A stretch of 64,000 nt of DNA from Macrostomum lignano (Eukaryota). Shown here piece by piece: positions 1 through 11,814 of the stretch (the first letter of the stretch is position 1; each line of letters starts with the position of its first letter). The notes under the pieces were generated by a model. That model was not told where the DNA came from. It saw only the letters and a program-made list of their open reading frames with translations, and ran no database searches. The translations under genes were made by a program, and so were the position numbers. The DNA is taken from the NCBI GenBank assembly GCA_002269645.1, contig NIVC01000751.1:192249-256248 (forward strand). Reading direction: 5' to 3'.

Positions 1-517
1 TAGTCGACTCGCCTTGGGCTCGGTTTATTTGAATTCTTAATTCTTATTAGAAGACTCGTAGATTCTTGTAGAGTCTGAGAAAACTCTTATCAGAAGTAGA
101 TTCGTATAATCACTTTAAATACGAGTACCAAGGACAAAAGGATAATTTTGTTCAGAGATACTGGGCAAAGCTATCAGAATCAAAAGCATCAAAGATAAAA
201 TGATGGATGGACTTTATCAAAAAATATTGGTTTGCACGTGACCCCATTTTTACGCTTCAATCACGCCACTTAAAAGCATAAAATGGAAGAACGGCGTAAT
301 TTTGCATAAACTTTTTTACTTTTTTGCTGCAATTTGCTGCTATTTCTAGGCCCCGCCTGATAGACCCTGTTCTGGTCTTATAGTGTTTCTTAATCCCAAA
401 CAGCGGCCTGACAGAAATGAACATATATTTCTATTAACAGTAGAGTATGGAATACATCCAGTGCTGTCTTCAAGATTTCCTCACTCAACTATGGTTCCTA
501 AAGCCTGCTTCGCTCCC

Positions 518-586
518 ATTGGTCAGGAAACAATTATCGATCGTTGACAATTTTCGAGCTTGGTTTCTTTGCTGGGGTTATAAATA
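518..586 (+). promoter_or_regulatory. H2B core promoter: inverted CCAAT box and TATA box
   Basis: ATTGG at 518-522 and TATAAATA at 579-586, about 90 nt upstream of the H2B ATG. Confidence 0.65.
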
Positions 587-676
587 GAAAAAGCTTGCTG
601 CTCTTGGTTCCTCATCATTCTCACTCCTCGACCTATAGTAACTAATCCTTCTGTCTAACTCCGTCTGCATTGCATC

Positions 677-1042
677 ATGCCGCCGAAGGTCAGTGGAAAG
701 GCTGCCAAGAAGGCCAGCAAGGCTAAGGCCCCGAAGACTGACAAGAAGAGGAAGCGCAGGAGGAAGGAGTCCTACGCCATCTACATCTACAAGGTGCTCC
801 GTCAGGTGCACCCCGACACTGGCATCTCCAGCAAGGCCATGATGATCATGAACAGCTTCGTCAATGACGTGTTCGAGCGCATCGCCGGTGAGGCCAGCCG
901 TCTGGCTCACTACAACAAGCGCAGCACCATCAGCAGCCGGGAGATCCAGACTGCTGTCCGTCTGCTCCTGCCTGGTGAGCTGGCCAAGCACGCCGTCAGC
1001 GAGGGCACCAAGGCCGTCACCAAGTACACCAGTGCCAAGTAA
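677..1042 (+). CDS. H2B: Histone H2B, intronless, replication-dependent type
   Basis: 121 aa with the canonical H2B core ([27 protein letters not shown]...[15 protein letters not shown]); followed by a histone stem-loop. Confidence 0.99.
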   Translation: MPPKVSGKAAKKASKAKAPKTDKKRKRRRKESYAIYIYKVLRQVHPDTGISSKAMMIMNSFVNDVFERIAGEASRLAHYNKRSTISSREIQTAVRLLLPGELAKHAVSEGTKAVTKYTSAK

Positions 1043-1127
1043 TCGGTCTGTCACTGACAGACTATACGCTGGTCTACCGCGACGTCCGCTCTGGCTCCGG
1101 TGGCAGCTTAACGCTACAATGAACGCT

Positions 1128-1153
1128 AAAACGGCCCTTTTCAGGGCCACCAC
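1128..1153 (+). terminator. Histone mRNA 3' stem-loop (SLBP site)
   Basis: AAAAC-GGCCCT-TTTC-AGGGCC-ACCAC: 6-bp stem, 4-nt loop, canonical flanks, about 90 nt after the H2B stop. Confidence 0.95.
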
Positions 1154-1539
1154 ATTCAAATTGTGCTCTACATTGCAGTCTTGAAACATACATAGGCTAG
1201 GGGCCTAGTAATAATTGTTTTTAAAGGCCATTTAATTGAACGAGTCTAGTGCCGTGAGGGGGTCCATGTGCCGTAGCCGTATTCAAAAATTTTATTCGGT
1301 TTTCCGTAAGCGTAGTGAGTTGTGACCCCAAAATTACCATATTTCTGTAGGCTAGCTGTAGCCATAGAGGAAAAACAGAACAGAGTCCTTCCGTTAAAAC
1401 TTGATCATCAATCGAATTCTATTGATACTAAACTAAAGATTATACTCAACTAAATACTCTCACTTATGTTGTCTGTAATATGTCTACACAAACTCTATGA
1501 ACTACTGCATGTACGGTACAGTTATGATTATGGACCGGA

Positions 1540-1626
1540 TAGGCAGTGCTTATCCCCACGGCCCACGGTACCGTAGGAATAATTGCTGTCTTATTCCAAC
1601 GGTACCGTGGGAATAAGCACTGCCTA
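1540..1626. mobile_element. Small hairpin element (MITE-like) bounded by TA
   Basis: TAGGCAGTGCTTAT(C/T)CCCACGG at left pairs with CCGTGGGAATAAGCACTGCCTA at right. Each arm also contains a GGTACC-centred palindrome. Confidence 0.55.
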
Positions 1627-1690
1627 AAATAAGCATGGTAATTGCATAAATACATGTAGCATACCATTGTTCATTACTGGCATTAAAATT

Positions 1691-1730
1691 AAACGCTGAA
1701 ACGGCCCTTTTCAGGTCCACTCCACCACAT
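1691..1730 (+). other. Degenerate second copy of the H2B 3' end (orphan stem-loop)
   Basis: AACGCTGAAACGGCCCTTTTCAGGTCCACTCCACCACAT versus AACGCTAAAACGGCCCTTTTCAGGGCCACCACAT 570 nt upstream; one stem pair is broken and there is no CDS upstream. Confidence 0.8.
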
Positions 1731-2656
1731 AGCTGCGTCTTTTACATGCAGTTATCTCTCAGACCTGTTTTTATTCGAATTCTTTCTCTAGCATCAGGGA
1801 TCACGCAAATGTAATTTAATGATTTGATTGATCATTCTTCAAGGCTGCCGTCACAGCCTCTACAGCAGAGGTCGGCAAACTACGAGTACTGTCGTTGATT
1901 ACACAGTAACACAGTATACATATAGCTATGGTCTGCAGTAATATTTGACCACAAATCTATCCTTGTGAAGGCGAATGAGTCGCATTATCGTTTGTTTCTT
2001 TTGAAACACCCTTCGTACTTTGCATTATTAATAGTACGGGTACTACGAGCTAATAAAAACACTAAGCTATAAACACATACGGTAAATCACGCCTAAAACG
2101 ACTATAGACTTGTTAAACGACTAGTTAGTTCAAAATCATTATGAAAATACAATTGGAAACTCCCGTCCCGAGTATGTACATGTAGTCTCTTAATTTAAGT
2201 CTTCTTGTGAGTTTTTCAATGACAATGAAAATTAAGAAAGACCAATTCAAGAATGAATTATGTGGTAAAGAGCGATAGTTCTGTTTTCTAAATGGTTTAA
2301 ACGAAGATTACGTTTAGCATAGGCCCTATTTAAACAATCAATTTTATTTATTCTCTCAATACGAAATATACTCCTAAAATTTTCATCTCTACCTACTTAA
2401 CTGAAGTCAGTAGCGTATTGAGTTTACTAATTATTATTTCAACTCTTAAAAACTCGTAAAATAGAAAAATTCCGGAGTGAATCAAACCGAATCCTTCCTA
2501 ATTAGGAAGCCCCCCCCAGCGAGCAGCCAATCCGTTTAGGATGCTTAATACTTGAAAGCACAATCACATGTGTATATGAAGAATTGCGCTTTATTTGAAT
2601 TTCTTGCAAAAAATCAAGCGTGAAAAGTTTTCTAAAATATATTACCAAAACTATTA

Positions 2657-4315
2657 ATGGAGGCATTCAAGGAGGCTTGGCTCGCCATCGACCGTCTGGG
2701 CCGCGGCTACATCACGTCAGACGATCTGAACGTCTACATGCGCAAGCAAAACTACGACGAATCATTTGTGCGCAAATGGCAGAAACTGTTCGACCCGGAC
2801 AACACCGGAGTGATTCAGCTTGACGCCTTCTGCGACGTACTCGGGCTCAATGCTCGCGAGATTCAAGAGCAGGCCAGGTCCAATGCTGCCAGCAGCAACA
2901 GCCTGCCAGATGATGTGGTGGTCATCAGCGGCGACATGGGGCTCGAGTGGCAGGTCCGGGTCGTTAACATTGTCAAGGAGGCGCTGAGAGAGTGCGCCAA
3001 GATGAGCGTGAGTTCCGAGGGGGGAGATGGGTGAGAGGGAGATGGGTGAGAGTGAGAGGGATACATGTATGGGTGAAAATGAGAGGGAGATGGGTGAGAG
3101 GGAGATGGGTGAGAGGGAGATGAGTGAGAGGGAGATGGGTGAGAGGGAGATGGGTGAGAGGGAGATGGGTGAGAGGGAGATGGGTGAGAGGGAGATGGGT
3201 GAGAGGGAGATGGGTGAGAGTGAGAGGGATATGGGTGAGAGTGAGAGGGAGATGGGCGAGAGGGAGATGGGTGCGAATGAGAGGGATATGGGTGAGAGTG
3301 AGAGGGAGATGGGTGAGAGGGAGATGGGTGAGAGGGAGATGGGTGAGAGGGAGATGGGTGAGAGGGAGATGGGTGAGAGGGAGATGGGTGAGAGGGAGAT
3401 GGGTGAGAGGGAGATGGGTGAGAGGGAGATGGGTGAGAGGGAGATGGGTGAGAGGGAGATGGGTGAGAGGGAGATGGGTGAGAGGGAGATGGGTGAGAGG
3501 GAGATGGGTGAGAGGGAGATGGGTGAGAGGGAGATGGGTGAGAGTGAGAGTGAGAGGGAGATGGGCGAGAGGGAGATGGGTGCGAATGAGAGGGATATGG
3601 GTGAGAGTGAGAGGGAGATGGGTGAGAGGGAGATGGGTGAGAGGGAGATGCGTGAGAGGGAGATGGGTGAGATTGAAAGGGATATGGGTGAGAATGAGAG
3701 GGAGATGGGTGAGATTGAGAGGGAGATGGGTGAGATTGAGAGGGAGATGGGTGAGATTGAGAGGGAGATGGGTGAGATTGAGAGGGATATAGGTCAGAGG
3801 GAGATGGGTGAGAGTGGGAGGGAGATGGATGAGAGGGAGGGGAGAAGGGAGGAGGGGAGATAAGTACATGTAAGATCGGCGAATATATAGCCCAGATAAA
3901 GAAGTTGGGGTGAGAAGTACATGTATATCTAAGAGTGCTAGATTGAGAGATGAGGTTGTATGAAAGGGATGAGAGAATTAAGAAATGAAAAAGAGTTATA
4001 ATTGAAGTAAGGAATGACGGGAGAGACAAGAGATAGTGAGCAGTGAGAGGTGAGAAGTAATTAAGAGTAACTACAATCAAATGTAACCTCCTTGAACCGC
4101 AATATCCCACGTTCTCACCTGGCGTGCAAATGCAATTACACAAGGACGTGCCCAAACAAGCGAAGACCAACTTGGACCGGCAGTGCAACCAGCTCTGGCA
4201 TGTGATCATTGCTCAGGGCCAGTTCTGGTGTTACTATGGACACGAGCCGGCTTACTCGCTTGTGTTCCAGATCGGCAAGCAGGTGTTCATTGTGTTCAAG
4301 ACGCCGGAGTACTGA
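2657..4315 (+). CDS. Tegumental-allergen-like (TAL) protein: EF-hand pair + dynein light chain domain; exons 2657-3007 and 4145-4315, about 173 aa
   Basis: Exon 1 has EF-hand loops (DRLGRGYIT, DPDNTGVIQ). Donor is AGC|GTGAGT. The joined sequence ALRECAKMSDVPKQAKTNLDRQCNQLWH aligns without gaps to the LC8 segment from AL to WH. It ends ...VFKTPEY*, with AATAAA at 4376. Confidence 0.85.
3023..3830 (+). repeat. 15-nt minisatellite (GAGAGGGAGATGGGT)n filling the TAL intron
   Basis: Directly visible tandem array of about 50 units with variants. Confidence 0.97.
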
Positions 4316-4699
4316 CGAGATGCCGACCGCGGCCATCATGGGGTGGAGTTTGCCTGCCTTCCCTGCACGGCAACTAATAAAATATATAACTAATATATAA
4401 CTATGGTGATATCCTAAATCCTTACGAGTACCAATATAGCTTGTTATTAAAATCGCATGTATTGAATAGTAACTTTTATCTGTTATAAAAAAAATTATAT
4501 TCATTTACTGTTACTCTGTAGTTTCTTTAGGTAAAGTCTATAATAAAAATTTGGAAACCAGCCAAGAGAATGTTTAATTAACTGGATATAACGATATACC
4601 TGCTTGCGAGCTCGCACTGCGTACTTCATCGAAATTAATGTTGCATGTATGTTTAGTTTTTTGTGTTTATATAGAGCACTTGGTGGCCTAAATCGAATC

Positions 4700-5280
4700 A
4701 AGGACCCCTATAGGACCAAAAAGCGAGTCAAGGACCCCTATAGGACTGAAAGTCCTAGTCCCGGGAGTCAAGGACCTCTTGGACCGAAAGGGAGTCAAGG
4801 ACCCCTTTAGGACTGAAAGGGAGTCAAGGACCCTTTAGGACAGGACCGAAAGGGAGTCAAGGAAGTCCTAGGACCAGGAGTCAATGAACTCCTCCGAGGA
4901 CCCAACACGGGAGGTTCCAACACGGGAGTCAGTGACCTCCTTCGAGGACCCAACACGGGAGGTTCCAACACAGGAGTCAATGACCTCCCTCGAGGACCCA
5001 ACACGGGAGTCAGTGACCTCCTTCGAGGACCCAACACGGGAGGTTCCAACACAGGAGTCAATGACCTCCCTCGAGGACCCAACACGGGAGTCAGTGACCT
5101 CCTTCGAGGACCCAACACGGGAGTCAATGACCTCCCTCGAGAACCCAACACGGGAGGTTCCAACACGGGAGTCAATGACCTCCCTCGAGGACCCAATAAC
5201 CTCCCTCGAAGACTCAAAAACCTCCATCAATGACCTCCCTCGAGGACCCAACAAACGAGTCAATGACCTCCCCCGAGGAC
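4700..5280. repeat. Compound minisatellite (AGGACC/GAGTCAA core; about 33-nt unit CGAGGACCCAACACGGGAGTCAATGACCTCCCT)
   Basis: Tandem units visible; they generate the spurious ORFs at 4807-5402. Confidence 0.9.
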
Positions 5281-5659
5281 GCACCCAATTGAGTCACGCA
5301 ATACAGAGCGAGCTCAACTTCTGGCTTCCTTCTTTTGCCTCGATAAACTACCCATCTGTACCTCCCGCAGAAACAGCAGCAAATATTGACTCTCAGTCCT
5401 AGCAGTGTGCCAGCTCCTTAGACTGCGTGTTCCACACGGCGACAGGTTCAAATATTTGAACAATGAGCGCACACGATGTGACATTGGGAAGGGGACGGCA
5501 GACACCTTCGACACTGGGCAAATAAGGCTAATATAAGGCAGCCATTAGGACATACTGAATAATAAACAATACTGATCTGATAAAACATTAGGCTGGATAC
5601 GTATTGCCTTAGGCATGTATATTCCCTGTTACTCCATGGAGACCCAGATCTAAAACCTA

Positions 5660-6000
5660 GAGTGACATCTGCGGCGCTAAAATAAGTGACGGTGGCGCTA
5701 AAATAAGTGACGGTGGCGCTAAAATAAGTGACGGTGGCGCTAAAATGAGTGAAATCCGTGTTGCAAAAAATGAGTGATATCTGTGGCGCTAAAATGAGTG
5801 ATATCTGTGGCGCTAAAATGAGTGACCGTAGCGCTAAAATGAGTGACATCTGTGGCGCTAAAATAAGTGACCATAGCGCTAAAATAGTGATATCCGTGGC
5901 GCTAAAATGAGTGACCGTGGCGCTAAAATAGTGATATCTGTGGCGCTGAAATGAGTGACCGTGGCGCTAAAATGAGTGATATCTGTGGCGCTAAAATGAG
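5660..6000. repeat. About 20-23-nt tandem repeat (GTGGCGCTAAAATGAGTGAC)
   Basis: About 15 visible units. Confidence 0.9.
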
Positions 6001-6342
6001 AAAAGATGTGAGATTCGAGCTCATGTATGGTTAATGGAATCTTCAACTCTAGCCAGCTATATTCGAAAATGGCTAATCAAATCCACTTCTTGAGCAGTGC
6101 GTGTGGGCAGCCAAGCAATGCCTGTGTCTGTGTGTGTGTTCTTCATCATGAGCTCTTCCACCGGTTCTGCAAATACCAAAACTGTGTGTGATTCACGTCT
6201 CATTTATTCATTTTTTCTGCTTTTAATCTAAGATATAGTTGACTGAATTCTGCAAGATGTGTGCTTGAGAATTTAATTAAACGATCTTTGACTGCCCTGC
6301 ATCAGCCATAAATGTAATAAATGTATATGCAATACAGAATTC

Positions 6343-7266
6343 CCTTCACTGCCTCAATCCCCTCCGTTTACTGCCTCAATCCCCTCCGTTCACTGCCTCA
6401 ATCCCCTCCGTTTATTGCCTCAATCCCCTCCGTTTACTGCCTCAATCCCCTCCGTTTACTGCCTCAATCCCCTCCGTTCACTGCCTCAATCCCCTCCGTT
6501 TACTGCCTCAATCCCCTCCGTTTACTGCCTCAATCCCCTCCGTTTATTGCCTCAATCCCCTCCGTTTACTGCCTCAATCCCCTCCGTTTACTGCCTCAAT
6601 CCCCTCCGTTTACTGCCTCAATCCCCTCCGTTTACTGCCTCAATCCCCTCCGTTTACTGCCTCAATCCCCTCCGTTTACTGCCTCAATCCCTCCGTTTAC
6701 TGCCTCAATCCCCTCCGTTTACTGCCTCAATCCCCTCCGTTTACTGCCTCAATCCCCTCCGTTTACTGCCTCAATCCCCTCCGTTTACTGCCTCAATCCC
6801 CTCCGTTTACTGCCTCAATCCCTCCGTTTACTGCCTCAATCCCCTCCATTTACTGCCTCAATCCGCTCCCTTTACCGCCTCTATCCCCTTCTTCACCGCC
6901 TCTATCCCGTTCTTCACCGCCTCTATCCCCTTCTTCACCGCCTCTATCCCTCCCTTAACTGCCTCTATCCCCTTTCCTTCACTGCCTCTATCCCATTCTT
7001 CACCGCCTCTATCCCCTTCTTCACCGCCTCTATCCCCTTCTTCACCGCCTCTATCCCCTTCTTCACCGCATCTATCCCCTTCTTCACCGCCTCTATCCCC
7101 TTCTTCACCGCCTCTATCCCCTTCTTCACCGCATCTATCCCTCCCTTAACTGCCTCTATCCCCTTTCCTTCACTGCCTCTATCCCCTTTCCTTCACTGCC
7201 TCTATCCCCTTTCCTTCACTGCCTCTATCCCCTTTCCTTCACTGCCTCTATCCCTCCCTTCACTGC
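6343..7266. repeat. 22-nt minisatellite (TTTACTGCCTCAATCCCCTCCG)n grading into a 21-nt variant (CCGCCTCTATCCCCTTCTTCA)n
   Basis: Tandem units visible; the switch occurs at about 6860. Confidence 0.95.
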
Positions 7267-7706
7267 TAATGTAGGTAGAGCAAATCTCTCTACTTACAGT
7301 AACAGTAGTGTAACAAGTACACGCGCTAAACTATATCTTTCAAAATTCGGTCTCTATGGAAAACACTGAATAGTTTGCTGCAGTTCCATTAAAGGCAGCC
7401 TTTTAGCAGCTCTTTCAGCTCATACCGTCCGTGGCCCTGCCTCCTGCGTGCATTGGAATCAGAAATGAAAGCAGACATCAGGCTCGACAGATTTGCACTC
7501 CGGAAAGGAACTGGCTGCGTTGCTGGCCTGTGGCATGCGCTGATACTGCCCAGCAACTCCACAGCTGATTTTTTTCAAGCACCGGAAAAGCAGATGATAT
7601 AAAATGTATCGCCGCTTGAAGTAAAAGCAGTGTAAAGAATTTTTACTACCAACCACTGCAGTCAGGGCCTGGCATTTTTTCACTCTTGAAAAGTGGGCGA
7701 TTCTGT

Positions 7707-8634
<928 letters not shown>

Positions 8635-8645
<11 letters not shown>

Positions 8646-8834
8646 TCCTCTGTAATTCCAGTCGCCCCAGAACCGACCAGACGGGATTACTGGCCATAAA
8701 TTGTCTCCTTCACTCTTATCTACCAAATAAAAGGCAGCAGAAGATGCAGGGGGAGGCAAGAAAGTTGCGATGGAGCCGCAAGATAAAGCGCTGCCGTATG
8801 CGGATCTTCGGCACCAGCCCGCAGCAGCCCAAGG
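8635..8834 (-). CDS. Putative exon of an unidentified minus-strand gene
   Basis: Acceptor CCCCTTTAG| opens [66 protein letters not shown]; possible donor GA|GTATCT. No family recognised. Confidence 0.3.
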
Positions 8835-9830
8835 CTAAAGGGGCCGCACTGCAGGCGCAGCCGGGTTAAAAGAGTTATTTGGGGAAGAATTCTCCGTGTT
8901 GGTGGTGGAAACAGATCGACTTCCGCGTTGGAGTGCGCTGGCCCCCTAGCGGCTGCTGACGGCCAATCCGACTGACGGTGCTACGCGATTGCGGAATCAG
9001 TAGTAAAGCCAAAATCCTGATCTCAATCTGAAACTCGAGTCTCAGATAGTTACAAATAGTCACCTCATGCACTGATGATTAAAAAAACTACAGATAGCAA
9101 ATGAAGCTGTGTGTCGCAACAGTTTTGTTGAACTTTTTGTGGGAGAGTTGCTGCTAATTGGAATGTACTTTGAATGGATAAATTATTAATTGGGACTGAA
9201 GAGGGATGCGTTTATTCAAGGTAGTTTTACTGATAGCAGCTGTACCGTTAGATTACGTAATTCAAGCATGATCTGTGCCAACGCCAACAATAGAGAACCG
9301 ATTACGACAAACAAATAAACAAACAAACAACAACCAACCAAATACGACAATCGACAACAATCAACCAGCTAGCAGCAACAAACAAAAAACAAACAACAAA
9401 CAACAAACAAACAAACAATAAGCAACAACCTACATCAAAGAGCGGATGACAGCGGCAGAAAACAATGACGAAACTTTAAATAAATATGAAAACTGCTGTT
9501 CATGATAATTTAATAAGAAAGAAATGCCAAAGCTCGGCAATTATAACAATTAATTTATCGATGCATTGGGAAACAATGATTGAGTTGAGAAGAAATGCTC
9601 CGGGACCAGGCACGGCTGATGACGTCAATATAGAAACCGTAAAATATAAATTAAAGTCAGAGTGCAAGCAGTAAAAATAACTCCCTCCAATCAGTTGAGG
9701 AAATTCCCTGCACCGCCGACACTCTTGGCGAATTGCATTGGCGCCGGCGAGGCGCTGAAAGTGTTCCACACGTGAAGGCGCGGGTGGTCTGAGGAGGGCC
9801 GTCCGGAGCTGCCTGCAGTGCGGATTAAGG

Positions 9831-10218
<388 letters not shown>

Positions 10219-10789
10219 TAAAGATCAATAAACATGAGCTAATTGTCCAGTTTCGAAACGGATACTGTGCAGCACAAGGCGGAACTTTAACAGCCAACGG
10301 CGCCGCTCTAAACACGAAGATGCAGTGGATAATAAAGTTCAAAGTCAATGAGGATTTATGGAAGGCCTTTGATGAAAGAATGAAAATGGCCCCAGAAACG
10401 AGTTTCCACCGTCAGCAGAAAGCTGACGGTGTAGCGGCTGTAAAAGGCACAGCTAACCAGCTGCCTATTATTAGCCTCCTAAGAGCTGTATTGCGCAGGC
10501 ACTTTCACGGTTAACTTGGCTTTTTTTTCCAAAATGCCATTCCAACTTGAAAATGCGAATGCATCTCGATCCGTTTCGGTTGCGTGTGATGACGCGGAGT
10601 TGTTGCTGGGCTAATCGGTGGTGGTCAGTTCAGTTCAGTCTTGAAAGTTGCTTGCAATCCTTTTTTCCTTGAAGCCACTGAATGCAACTGTACTTTTCGG
10701 TTTTTCATTGGCTTCTTTCAGTGCACAGACGGCGGAAAGCCGGACACATTTTTTTGCTTTCTTTGAATCTGCTTTGCTATGTCAGGTTT

Positions 10790-11185
10790 CTGTCTGTCTG
10801 TTTGTCACTCTACTGTCTGTCACTCTACTGTCTGTCACTCTATTGTCTGTCACTCTACTGTCTGTCTGCCATTCCTCCGTCTACTGTCTATCTGTCACTA
10901 TTGTCTACTGTCTGTCACTCTTTTGTCTATGTCACTCTACGGTCTGTCATTCTATTGTCTGTCTGATACTCTTTCTAACCTTTCTCAAAACACTCTAATC
11001 TCTCTCAGAGCACTCTAATCTCTCTCAGATAACTCTAATATCTCTCAGATCACTCAAATCTCTCTCTCAGAGCACTCTAATCTCTCTCAGATCACTCCAA
11101 TCTCTCTCTCAGATCACTCTAATATCTCTCAGATCACTCCTATCTCTCTCTCAGAGCACTCTAATCTCTCTCAGATCACTCTAAT
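10790..11185. repeat. Two short minisatellites (CTGTCTGTCACTCTA; CTCTAATCTCTCTCAGATCA); duplicated at about 18183-18578
   Basis: Tandem units visible. Confidence 0.85.
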
Positions 11186-11694
11186 CTCTCTTGCCGCGCC
11201 CTCTCGTCGCCAGCAAGCTCACCAGACTGCCCTCTGCCAGACTGCTTCCTCAGGTCCAGCATGAACAGGCTGCTCTTCTTTCTACAGGAGCCGCTGCCGC
11301 CCATCCTGTCGCCGCCGGAGCCGCTGGCACCGCCGAACGAGTAGTCCTCGCTGATGTCCACCGCTGCAGCCACCGAGCAGCAGGGCGAGTCCAGCACCGC
11401 TTGGCCGTAGGCGTCGCCCAGAGCCTCAGCCGGGTTCAGGCCATAGACAACGGCGCCGCCGCAGGTCATTCGCAGCTTGGCGCGGCCCCGGCGCCACAGG
11501 CGGTGCTGCTTAGCAACCGCTATTCGGCGACGCTTTCGGTGATAAGCGAAGAAGCTGACTATGAGCAGGATGAGGCAAAGGCAGATGATGAGAACATGAG
11601 CAATCCACGGTTGCCACATACTTGTCGAATAGTTTCGGCCCTTTGCTTTGTCAATTTGTATGGGGTGTCTGTTTTTGTAAGCGCGAATTCGCTG
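11176..11694 (-). CDS. Putative exon encoding a single transmembrane helix + basic stop-transfer motif and cytoplasmic tail (unknown gene)
   Basis: Acceptor GGACTTCAG|CAG; ...WIAHVLIICLCLILLIVSFFAY-HRKRRR...; GC-rich, coding-like codon usage. Confidence 0.55.
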   Translation of the reverse strand, partial: QRIRAYKNRHPIQIDKAKGRNYSTSMWQPWIAHVLIICLCLILLIVSFFAYHRKRRRIAVAKQHRLWRRGRAKLRMTCGGAVVYGLNPAEALGDAYGQAVLDSPCCSVAAAVDISEDYSFGGASGSGGDRMGGSGSCRKKSSLFMLDLRKQSGRGQSGELAGDERARQERLE

Positions 11695-11814
11695 CTGAAG
11701 TCCAGTTGCCAAGTAGTAGTGAGTGAGTGGCCACAGTTCTGAGGGCGAATGGGAGAGATTGCCTCAGCTGCGGGGCAGCGCAAAATCCCAATCTTCCACT
11801 TAAATATGTTTCCC

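Noticed and set aside
578-1189. 203-aa minus-strand ORF and 106-aa overlapping ORF
   Set aside because: Shadow frames of the highly codon-biased H2B gene.
4080-4144. Possible U12-type intron in the TAL gene (CCTTGAAC resembles a U12 branch site)
   Set aside because: The donor is GTGAGT, not GTATCCTT.
2863-4209. 448-aa SHP-repeat ORF and GERE/RGRW/THLP-repeat ORFs
   Set aside because: Translations of the 15-nt intronic minisatellite; unit length divisible by 3 keeps frames open.
7430-7570. Kinesin-like motif (PVPFRSANLSSLM resembling HIPFRxSKLT)
   Set aside because: No P-loop or switch motifs in neighbouring exons; similarity too short to name.
11191-11742. 183-aa plus-strand ORF
   Set aside because: Antisense shadow of the TM exon, which has the more protein-like features and a splice acceptor.
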